This document shows positions 13,861 through 24,376 of a stretch of DNA of 45,011 nucleotides, in pieces. Made by a program: the position numbers and the translations under genes. The stretch spans positions 1 through 45,011 of the forward strand of contig NW_003314474.1 of assembly GCF_000143415.4 (NCBI RefSeq). The letters run 5' to 3'. Below the pieces are notes generated by a model that saw only the letters and a program-made list of their open reading frames with translations, had not been told where the DNA came from and did no database searches. Each line of letters begins with the position of its first letter. Position 1 is the stretch's first letter. The stretch is from Selaginella moellendorffii. Taxonomy: Eukaryota; Plantae; Lycopodiophyta.

Positions 13861-14589
13861 CAAAGCAATCGTCTCCCAAACCGAGGGTTTAATGAGCTCT
13901 AAAAGTATAGTAGGGAGAGGACTCCAGTTGAGCTAATTTGGCTAGGAAAGGCTAGTGTGACCAAGGAAGGCTATACTCATATGGTGGGTGATGATATAAT
14001 CACTAAGGAGTCCAAAGCTAGAGTGAATACGAATGGACAAGTGGGGTAACTTGGTGAAGTGTTCAAGAGCCAACTTTAGCTACCCTGGGAGATCAAATGG
14101 TCGATTCTTCCAATCCAAGTGTGGGTAGCATTACTTACTTGGATACTTCATGTGGCTCATCAGAACCTCGCTCTAGCCACATGGCTAAGGTACCCAAAGG
14201 TGGAAGGTGGAGAGAGTACCACAAGGCTTGCATAAGGCCATAATGTTCCAAAATGTTGTCCTAAAGTTTTAGATTGTGGAAAGGAAGAGGAGTAGTCCTC
14301 TTATGTAATGATTAAGGATGCATTCATATGGCAAGGAAGTCCCAGAGGTCAATGGGACGTAGTGGTTGGGCCTTCAAGCCCTAACCTAGTAATAGTGTTG
14401 GCAAACACAATCGGGGACGGAGAAAGACTTGGTGGGGATTGAAAAAGAGATGTTGGGAAGGCTATTCCCTATGTCTTTAGGCATCCTAAAGATGCTAAAA
14501 AGTGGTTTTGGGATGACTACTCATGCATGGATGGCCTAGTCTTTGAGAGACAAGACTATAACACGGGTGGTTTAGGACTACTAAGACAA

Positions 14590-14827
14590 GGGTAAATAGA
14601 TATAACCTTACCGTAACAAACTAATTTATTTGTAATACCTTTGGGGGGTTAATAATAGAATTGGATATGTGGGGCACTTGGACCAAGTGCAAAGGCTGAG
14701 TGGCATAAATGCCATTCATGGGGTTAACAAATCTCTAAATTTGGAATAGGTTGTGAGTAAGACTCTTCCAAGTGGTTAGAAATGTGGTCAAGTAACTAAA
14801 GTAGAATGGAAAATTTTGTTGTTTACA
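14590..14827 (+). mobile_element. LTR 3' end, copy 1, followed by a degenerate tRNA-Met PBS
   Basis: Shares GTGGCATAAATGCCATT...GTTGTGAGT...CCAAGTGGT...CTAAAGTAGAATG with copies 2 and 3. Ends TTACA, followed by ATT-TGGTATTGAAG (cf. PBS TGGTATCAGAGC). Confidence 0.55.
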
Positions 14828-15663
14828 ATTTGGTATTGAAGTTGTTCTTTAGTTTGACTTTTATTGGTAGTCGAGTATATCACCACTCATAATTGTATTA
14901 GAAGGCCCTAGAAATGGGCCTATCCTCGAGGAGTAGCATGTTAAGATAGCATAACTCTCCACTTTAGTTCATACGTGAATATATTGGCAATGTAGTGGAT
15001 AAAAATAAGCCAATAAGGGAACAATTTTGGGATCTTGAGAACAATAAAAGGTTTTCCTTAAAGAGTTAAGGATGTGATCCAGATAAGTGTTTGATTTAGC
15101 AAATTGACTAATGTGGTTGTTGTAAACAACTATAGTTGGGATCACAGGAAGGATGAAAACTCCAAAACAATAAAAAAGTCATAGGATTATCCTCATATAG
15201 TTGAGGATGGTGCTTATGAATTTGAGACGAGAATTAATGACCATGGGAGGTTAAATACAGATAAAAACATAAGTCCTTGAAACGGTAGCCAAGGCTACTT
15301 TTAATAAATACTAGAACAACTTAATGGATTGGGAGTGTACTTAAAGGATGAATCGGTATTCTCATCATTTAGACGGATAGTCTTAAGGGCCAAAGGTAGC
15401 CCACAGGGAACAAAGAATAATTAAGTGTCGAAATAACACTTGCAAAGATGGTTTTTATAAATAGGACATGAATAATAAATTATATTCTAATAAGCTAGCA
15501 TCTCAAAAGTAGCCGTAAGACTAGAACCTTATAAATTATCAAATTAATAAAGTCCAAAAGCTGGATGGCTTAGTCGAGTTGAGGGATGGTCCTAAAATAT
15601 TGGTGAAATCTTTTAGATTGAGGTGGGTTGTACTTTACAAAGTATTGTGAGGATCATAAGATC

Positions 15664-15850
15664 TATAAGCAACTAATTTTCCATTCTACTTTAGTCACTT
15701 AACCACACCTTCGACCACTTGGAGGAGCCTCACTCACAACCTCCATAAATCTTACTCCGGACTTGGGGACTTATTAGCTTTATGAATGGCATTTATGCCA
15801 CTCAACCTTTGCACTTAATCCAAGTGCTTTATGTATCTTATTCTATGATT
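15664..15850 (-). mobile_element. LTR 3' end, copy 2 (inverted orientation)
   Basis: Reverse complement of the 14640-14827 / 16660-16847 repeat. Confidence 0.65.
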
Positions 15851-16599
15851 GATAAACATATATATACATTACCCCAGTCCCAAAGGGATCAAAATAACAT
15901 TAAGAGTGCACTTTTAGATAAATAAGTGAAACTATAAGCATGAACGCCCAATGCTGCACTTAGGTCGTCTGCCTCTCAAGTGACTCCATTGCAAGACTTG
16001 AAGCCACTTGCTATACTCCATAATCTGCGAGACTTGCCATGAAGTGCTCCACCACTAACGTGCTTCTGCTGCCAAACTAGTGTCCAAACGTGATAAAACT
16101 CCAACTTGTAGCTCCATATGAAGTGTAAACATCCTCTAACTCAAGGCTAGAGTGTGCTAGCCTCTCATATGAGACAAGTGCACTAGTTCATCTTCAATAA
16201 AGTCCTACCCTTGTAATAGGGACTAAAGAAAGGGCATGAACCTCCTTTGAGCCTAAGTAGGTTTTAAGCTTATGAGTTCATGAGTTGAGCTCACAACTTC
16301 TCAAACACAAGGAAAATATTGGTTTGTCCTGAACCAACATCTTTTCATTTTTCAAATTTTGATTTAATCTATATTTCCAAGTAAATTCGACCAATAAAAT
16401 ACAAAAATAAATATAGATCAAAACACTAAAAGCAATCTAGAAACGACAATGTGTGGCAATAGGTTGAGCAATAGAAGATAAATTCAAACCTGTATCAACT
16501 AATATAGAGAGAATGCAAAGCTTGCTTGATAGATGTGATGGTTGACCTTGTTTTTTTTAACATATTAGTAGGGTTTAAAGTTTGGGTTAATAAAGCCAG

Positions 16600-16847
16600 G
16601 GTAAATGGATATAGCCTTAGTGTAATAGGTTGATATATCGATAGTACATTTGGGGGGTTGATCATGGGATTGGATATGTGAAGCATTTGCACCAAGTGTA
16701 AAGACTAAGTGGCATAAATGCCATTTATAAGGTTAGTAAGTCCCTAAGTCTGGAATAAAACTTATGGAGGTTGTGAGTGAAACTTCTCCAAGTGGTTAGA
16801 GATGTGGTTAAATGACTAAAGTAGAATGAAAAATTTAGTCGCTTACA
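16600..16847 (+). mobile_element. LTR 3' end, copy 3
   Basis: Direct repeat of 14590-14827, ending GCTTACA. Confidence 0.65.
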
Positions 16848-19380
16848 CTAAATCATCACTAATGTGCGGTGCCATGAACTTCTCACCTTCATCTATAGTT
16901 TGTGTGATGTAAATAGCCTTTCTCATTATATTCTTAAATACTTTTAGGAATTCTTTTTCTTTGTTCATCAAGAAAATATTGAGAAACTCTAGAGTTTCTA
17001 TTTGTTACTTATATAGAAGCTTCATTTTTGTGATATTGTAAATCATGTCATTTAGAGTTTTGTTCATTGCAAAATAAACATATATGTGATTGAGAAAAAT
17101 AGAGCATACAATAAGAAACTTATATTCATGAATGGAAATTTCTACTATAGTCTCTAGCCACTTTGAAAACTTTGCATGTTAGTTTTTTACTTTGAAGATT
17201 TTGCATATTGAATTTTGTGCAATTTGTATAAACTCAACTGAGAGCTCTTCCCAACTCTTCTCCGGATGCACAAGTTTATAAGCATTTTGCTTGACCTTCA
17301 TCAAAGGCTAGAAGTCTGTATAGGGGATTTTTAAATTATAAGAATCTCATTTGGAGAATAATAAATGGGGAATAATAAAGGATATTTAGTTTAACATTAT
17401 TTAAGTGTATTTTAGAGTAATAAATCTAACCACTGCCATCTGTTATGTGGACATAGGTCTTTTTTATATCAATAGTGTGTACTTACCATAATATCCAAAG
17501 TACTTTGCAAAGTTGAGTGTATTTCAAAGATCATATATCAGCATTTATAATTGCAAGCTGGGTGTTCATGCACTTATTTTATATCTCACTTGTTAGTGGC
17601 TCTTTACTTGAAATGACATTGCTGCTAAGAAGTAGAAAGAAACTAATATATATTGTCAAAAGGCTGGAAAAGCATTGCTAGGCTGATATTTGCACTATGA
17701 GGTCTTTTTAATATCTAGGATGGTATGGCTTTGATAAAAAGGATTAGATAAAAATTCCTTGTTTAGGTTCATCTTAAATATTTCTTGGATCAAAACACTA
17801 ATTATAAAATAATTACAGAATTTAAGTTAAGCAGAGTTAAGAATTTCTCATAAAAAAGAGCTCACTGAAGATGTTAAAAGCTAAAACATAGAAAGTAAGA
17901 AATGAGTTTATAAGTAGCATAGTCTATAGTCATACAATCACTATAATTACCATAGTATATTGTATATCCATTATTCTGATTATACATTTAAAATAATTAG
18001 TGTTTAACTAGAAGAAAATCCCATGTTAATTGACTGAATCCCTATATTATATATTTAGTTTATGTGGCCTTTAGGGAGTGAATATATGCTTATAGGAATG
18101 AGGTTTTTATATGCTTTTACTATGTTCTAAGTTTTCACTTGATTTAATAAAATACATTACAGTTTAGTATATTTTACAGTTGCTGTTCTCAGGGTCTTTA
18201 AGGATTTTGTTTTTTAATTTTTTTATAGTTATTATTAAATTTCTTGGATATAGGTTTTAAAAAACTTATTTAATAGTGAAATTATTTAATATGTTATTTT
18301 TATTATATATAATTTGAGAGTTTTATTTAATGGATTCATAAGAAAGAAACTCAACAGTAATATGATTTATATGCTGATAGCAACCTATAAATGACCAATC
18401 ACATTTTGTTACATATTTTGCTAAACCTGGAAATACTATAAGTTGGTATTGTACCAGATTTATAAGAAAATTAAAATATCAAGGATAGTATTTGGATCAA
18501 TTTATTCTTGAAATAACAAATCAAATTTATATATAAAAATATTTACTTTTCTTCCATACCTATTATAATAAACATTTAGACAACAACTCATAAGTTTTTC
18601 CCAATTGTTATTTGTACAATCAACATCAACACCCTCAGTCTTATAAGTTAAACAAAGATTTATAATAAGAAATATTACAGTAGTAAATATATAAATCTAA
18701 ATTCATACATACTTTTTTATTTAGTTATGAACTTGTGTTTCTTATATAAATAAATAAATTACTAGTTAATGATTGTAAATGAATAAATAAATATAATACA
18801 GCTGACTTGCAAGCTCCTCAGCCTCTTCCCAGGAAAGATCATCCTTGCCATCAGCAGCTGCCTCTTCCAGGAATGTTTTCTGCTTCACAAGCTCCATGAC
18901 GACTGGAGGAGAAAATCTGTGTTTTTATAAATAAAATTTAACATTTTTGTTATATATATATATATATAGTTAAGTTTAGGTATCTTCTTTTACTATACTT
19001 TATTTTGACTAAGCTAATCAATAAAGTCAGATGAAAGCCACTTCGTCATTCCCTTACATGTACTCAAGTTGAGTGCGTATGCACACTCATAAGTGACAAA
19101 AAATGTCAGAAGTAAACTTTAGTCCAGAAGAAATCTGTACTCAAGGAAGAAAATCTGGATCAATGGCAAGTCTACTTACGGGCTATGTATGTGAGCAAAG
19201 GGTCTCAGTTTCGTTTTCATTCGTGACAACTTAAAACTCTGGCAAGTCCTTGAGTGTTTAGAAGCGTTTCTATGTTTCAGCAGAATCATAATTTGCACCT
19301 TCCCAGAAGTTTGATACTGAAACCTTTTTTTTTATTTTGTTCTCTTGAGCGATGAGAGAAAACAGATATCATGGTAAATG

Positions 19381-20223
19381 CTATGCCTCCGCTTCTAACT
19401 TTCTCAGAAACGTGGAGCTCAGTTTCTCCGCGCCTCCATCTAGCATGAACAGATCCACGACTTCAACCTGCTGACAAATCTCGTCATGGAAAACCCAGAA
19501 AAGATTTGTACTAGCCTTGAGTTGGGAAAGGCCTCGTTCAGCTCGTTTCTTATTGACAGCAAGTCCTCCGCCCAGAGTCTCTTGACTGAATACCGAGAAA
19601 ACACAAACGCAAAGACACAAAAAAGTACAGTTTTACGAGATATAACACAAAACGAAAGCGTCGTCTTGTACCTTACAACAATGGCCTCGAGTGCCTCGTC
19701 GACTATGGATGGACCATACGGGTCATGTATTGGCTCAGTTTGGACTTCTAGATCCGGCTTCACAGACTGCAAAGAGGACGAAAAACACGAAAGAAAAAAC
19801 AAACGAAGTTATCCATGAGAAATGTAGCAAGAAGACTGGACCTTGATAAACTCCTTGACTGCATTGCTCCTCTTCTCGTAAGGCTCGATCAAATGCGCGA
19901 ACTACCGCAAGAGCAAAACAAAAAAACAAAAAACAAAAAGATAGATTAAATAGCAGATGAGACGAGAGAAGAGAATGGAGTAAATCTTACCTCTTTGTTC
20001 TCTAGCATTGGCCCATCGCTGATCCCCACCACGACCCTCTCGCGCGCGAGCTCTGCCGCTGCCTTGGACAAAGACCCAAGCCCTGATCCGATTTCCACAC
20101 CACGGCTAGCAAAATTCGCTGGCTCACCTTCAAGAGCATCTTGTGGCCGCCGTGGAGCCGATCAAACGTGCCGCCCAGAACCACGGCAGCATACGCGCCA
20201 TCCTTCGTGACGGCGAGCACCAT
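19381..20223 (-). CDS. COAD: Phosphopantetheine adenylyltransferase (plant PPAT/CoaD), 6 exons
   Basis: Spliced product contains [14 protein letters not shown] (HxGH), [63 protein letters not shown]. Confidence 0.93.
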
Positions 20224-20232
20224 CGCCCAATC

Positions 20233-20242
20233 AAACCCTAAA
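20233..20242 (-). promoter_or_regulatory. Telo-box upstream of PPAT start
   Basis: AAACCCTAAA (TTTAGGGTTT on the sense strand) 9 nt upstream of the ATG. Confidence 0.55.
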
Positions 20243-20597
20243 CTCCCAAGTGTAAGCTTACGTGGCGATTGGCGTCGCTGGATTAGTTGCTGAGGTGGAC
20301 CAGATCTTGCTTAGTCACAAAGCCACCTCATCATTTTTGCTTGCGGTAAAGAATTTCTAAAAGGTAGGTAGCGCTTCTCTGTTTGTTCGGGCGATTGACA
20401 CTAGTGTAGAAGATCAAACACTGTGGAGAGATTGCGATTAAAAATCTGATTTTTAAAACCCAGCTCCGTCTCGCGACACCATGCCCACCGCTCAAATAAA
20501 TTCCCCTTCACGGCCTCACACCGCCAGAGGTCTCCTAGGGATCCATCGCGCGCTGCCCAAGAGGAAGATCATCAAATCCAGAGCTCCGGTGGAAAGT

Positions 20598-21260
20598 ATG
20601 GCTCCAGCCCAATTCTTGCTCCTCTTGTCCATCCTCGCGGCATTCTCCGCCCAAATCGCCCGCGGCGATGCCGATCCCTTCCAGGACTTCTGCGTCGCCG
20701 ACGTCAACTCCACCATCAAAGTGAATGGCTTCGTCTGCCTGCCCAGTGCCGCGGTCACGCCGGACCACTTCTCCTCCAACGCGCTCGCCAAGCCCGGCAA
20801 CACCTCCAACAAGCTGGGATCTGCCGTCACCACCGCCAACGCTGCTCGCTTCCCGGGCCTCAACACTCTGGGCGTCTCCAGTGCCCGCGTCGACTACGCC
20901 CCCGGCGGCCTCAATCCTCCTCACGTCCACCCGCGAGCCACCGAGCTGCTCTTCCTGGTCGAGGGAAAGCTCTACGTTGGCTTCGTCACCACTGCCCCCG
21001 ATAACAAGCTCTTCGCCAAGACCATCTCCGCCGGTGAGAGCTTCGTGTTTCCCAAAGGTCTCATCCACTTCCAGCTCAATGTGGGCGATTCTCCTGCGTT
21101 TGGCCTCGCGGCTTTCGGGTCCCAGAACGCCGGAGCGTCGCAGGTTGCCAAGGCGGTGTTTGCTTCCATGCCGGCGATCGAGGACGCGGTGCTGGAGATT
21201 GCCTTCCAGGTTGACAATGGCGAGATCAAGCATCTGAAAGAAGTGATCAGCAAGACATGA
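20598..21260 (+). CDS. Germin-like protein (cupin), intronless, with signal peptide
   Basis: MAPAQFLLLLSILAAFSA signal, QDFCVAD, germin boxes GLNPPHVHPRATE and GLIHFQ. The real start is probably the Met at 20598, not 20481. Confidence 0.95.
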   Translation: MAPAQFLLLLSILAAFSAQIARGDADPFQDFCVADVNSTIKVNGFVCLPSAAVTPDHFSSNALAKPGNTSNKLGSAVTTANAARFPGLNTLGVSSARVDYAPGGLNPPHVHPRATELLFLVEGKLYVGFVTTAPDNKLFAKTISAGESFVFPKGLIHFQLNVGDSPAFGLAAFGSQNAGASQVAKAVFASMPAIEDAVLEIAFQVDNGEIKHLKEVISKT

Positions 21261-22053
21261 GCCAAGTGAAAAGAGTGACTTTTCTCGTACCTCGTTCGTT
21301 CCTTTTTCTTTTTCTTTTTGGTTTTGGTGGTCCTCTTTGCCGTGCTCTTCCTCTTTCGGATGCCTTGCTCGGGCATTTCGCGTTTTTTCGCGTCCTTGTC
21401 TTTTGATAATGTCTTTTGATAATACTATATAAGTTTTCGTTTTTCTTCCAAGTTTCGCTCATTGTCTCGTATGTCATAACACGAAGTTCGAATGGAGTTC
21501 CAGGCTCTCATCCATCGAGCGGCATGGTTGAGTGGCCGAGCAATCGTAATGTTTCGGTTTCAAGGTAGACAAGTGATTAGATGTTTCACCATCTGGTCCC
21601 TGTAAGTCTTGCACTGTAAAACTCAACGAAATAACTGCTTGAAAGAAACGCACAACAGGGTCCAGCTCGCAAGTCCATTTCATGGATCTGAAGAGGGTCC
21701 ACAACGACACGACCTCGTTACCCTTTTTCTTCCTTTTTCCTCAAAACCGTACCTGTGGTGCGGCATGCCGGATGTTTTTGTCGCGGCTGGTCTCGGGTCT
21801 CGTCTTGGTCACAGGAAACAATTGGACGCTTACGACTGGCCTGCATGATTGGATTAGACCAACAGTGACGAAAACAAAGCCGACTTACGACAAAGCTGGA
21901 GCTGCAAGCCATGCATACAAAACCGAGAGCTGCCGTCTGGCCACGATCGACGGGAATCAAAACAGTTCCACAACAGCATAAGCACAAACCTTCAAGCGGA
22001 TGAGGTCAAAAGCGCCTCACTAGTGCGACAGCCTGTGACACAACTCCAAAAGT

Positions 22054-24371
22054 TTAGGATAATTCAGCTAGAAAGAGACAGGTTTGACACTCACTGCAAT
22101 TGTAGAGAGGCTCCTGAAAACAGAAATGCAGGCCTTGACAACAAAGAAACAAAAGGTGAACGTCAAGGAGTAGATAAAGCATTAAACACATTACCGCGGG
22201 CCTCGTAGGAAATCTGGAGAAAATTGTCGAGCAGCTGTGGTATGACTTGTAAGAAACCTTAGTAGTCAATGGTTTGCTTGGGACTTGATTACCGCGGATA
22301 AGGGAGTTGCCTCTTGACGCTGCGTCCACTGTGACGTACCTCCCAACAGCAGCGTCAATTACGTTTTTCGTAGCGCATGTTTGCTGTGTTAAAACTTCCG
22401 TCCTCGTTGCAACCATTACTTTCCTCTGAATTGTCTCGGAGTTTTGTGCGTTGGTTTTGTTGTTGATGTTTTTTGCAGAGTTTCTTTTCGATTGGCTCTT
22501 CGCATTTGCACCAGCTTTATCTGAGGCGTCAGGTCCAACAGGCTCCGCATTCTCCCCTTGCGTTGTCTTCCTTCTTGTGGATAGTTTCCTTGCAACAGCA
22601 CTGCCAACCTCTACGGTACTTGTAGTGTCAGGAGTTAATGCGCTCATTTCAGTTGAAGACTCTGCCACTTGATGTTGCTGGTGAGGAGGTGATTTTCTTG
22701 TTGGTCTCGTTACGATTGTCCTGCCTGAATATAAGCATTACTTTAGCAGCGTGAAAGGTTAAAGAGAAGACCTACATGGCAAAGTGATTCCTTTGTTTGC
22801 AAGTGCGTCCGCTTCAGTGTTCATTTCCTAAGTCATACTTGAGAGTAGAATACCAGAAAGAAAGAGGTAATACCCTGTCAACGTGATGAATACTGAACGT
22901 GGTGAACTGCATCGAAAGAGCCTGTACTTGCGCGTGCAATGCTCTCAAGCCTTCATGTCTCACAGCCCATTCTCCTGCTACCTTCGGAAAATTCGAGTCA
23001 CGCACGGCTTAAAGTTTAGAACATGGACGATACCTGCTTGCAAACGAGGTTGGAATCCCCAAATACTTGAATGCTAGTCACGTTCCGGTCGAGTGCTGCC
23101 TGTAGTCCGAGTATGAGAGCCTCATACTCTGCAACATTGTTTGTCGCTGTGCCTAGTCCCATGTACAGTTTTTCAATCTGCAGACTAGCTTGTTTGAAAG
23201 GGAAACAGGAATTAGCTTTTGCATACGACTGAGCCCTTCGGATTGCGCAGCAGCGCTCCAGCACCAGCTTTCCCAGGATTTCCTTTAGAAGCTCCATCGT
23301 ACGCAAGCACATAGACAGACTGCCATAACACGGAAAAATGAGACTACTTCCAATAAGATGACTCATGTACCTCTTCAGTAACTTCTTTCTTGTTTTTCTT
23401 AGTGGTGATCTGATGAGATGGCTCGGAGATCTGTAGCTTTATACATTTTACATCTTTCACAACCTCTTGCGCTGAGGGATCTCGGGTAAGTGAAGGGCAG
23501 CAAAGAACATTAGAGACGTACGTTTAAGATCGATGGCCTTATTCGCAAGATCGTCTGCAGCACTATTGAGTTCCTGCAAGGTATGTTACTGTTTGAACCA
23601 AGAGATCAAAAAACCAATTACCCGTACGACGTGCTCTATAGTGAACTCAGTAAACTTCTTCGACAGCGATTGCGCTTCTGCGTGTAATGGCTTGAGAGTG
23701 TCCTTGTTTACTTTCCATATGCCAGCTACCTTTCCTTCAAAATCTTAGAAAAAAATGCCTGTTTGACATCACTCGTACCTGCTTGCAAACGAGATTGGAG
23801 TCCCCTTGGACACGAATACGAGTAACGTTTTGCGCCAACGCTCCTTTCAATCCCAAAATGAGTCCCTGATACTCCGCAAAGTTGTTCGTCGCGGTGCCAA
23901 GGCCAATTCTCAGCTCCTGGAGCTGCAAAACTCCCGCATTCTTAAACTACAAATACCATGGACCGCAATGTTACAAACCACTGAGCCGTCCGGATCACGT
24001 AGCAATGCTCCAGCACCAGCTTTTCCAGGATTGCCTTTAGAAGCACCATCATACTGGAGAAGATGAACAAGCTGGAAAAAAAAGAAAAAAATCCACCCAA
24101 GTCATTCTCTAGGCAACATTTGGATCGAAAATACCTTGTTCTTAGAGTTTTGCTGGGGCTGGAGAGATGAAAGATAAAGCTTGGCCTCGCTTTTCAAAGA
24201 GAAGCTCTTGTACTCGGCCATGGCGAATCCATCGACCTGGAAAGCATCGCTCATGAGCATCGCGAAACGATTTCTCTCCAAAATCCCCACCTGTTTCCGG
24301 CATTCCATCCACGATGTGTAGATTCCCGGCTGGCGGCCTTGGCGCACAGCGTAGAACCTGTTCTTGCCCAT
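22054..24371 (-). CDS. RNase H1-like protein: N-terminal hybrid-binding domain, two tandem RNase H domains and a low-complexity tail (multi-exon; 3' end approximate)
   Basis: FYAVRQGRQPGIYTSWMECRKQV (HBD/Cauli_VI-like). Domain 1: YDGASKGNPG/TNNFAEY/VQGDS/NSAADDLAN. Domain 2: YDGASKGNPG/TNNVAEY/VFGDS/NTEADALAN. GT-AG introns join them in frame. Confidence 0.88.
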
Positions 24372-24376
24372 AAACC

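Noticed and set aside
13485-13902. Low-complexity ORFs (LGLGL, RPRPR, ETETK) and a possible CRISPR-like array
   Set aside because: Translations of a degenerate minisatellite with no unique spacers, in a eukaryotic context.
15664-16847. Mutator-like element with ~185-bp TIRs
   Set aside because: No target-site duplication (CATAAGATC vs CTAAATCAT). A third copy followed by a PBS-like motif indicates LTR ends instead.
20481-20597. N-terminal extension of the germin-like ORF
   Set aside because: The signal peptide begins at Met 20598, so the upstream part is probably promoter/5'UTR.
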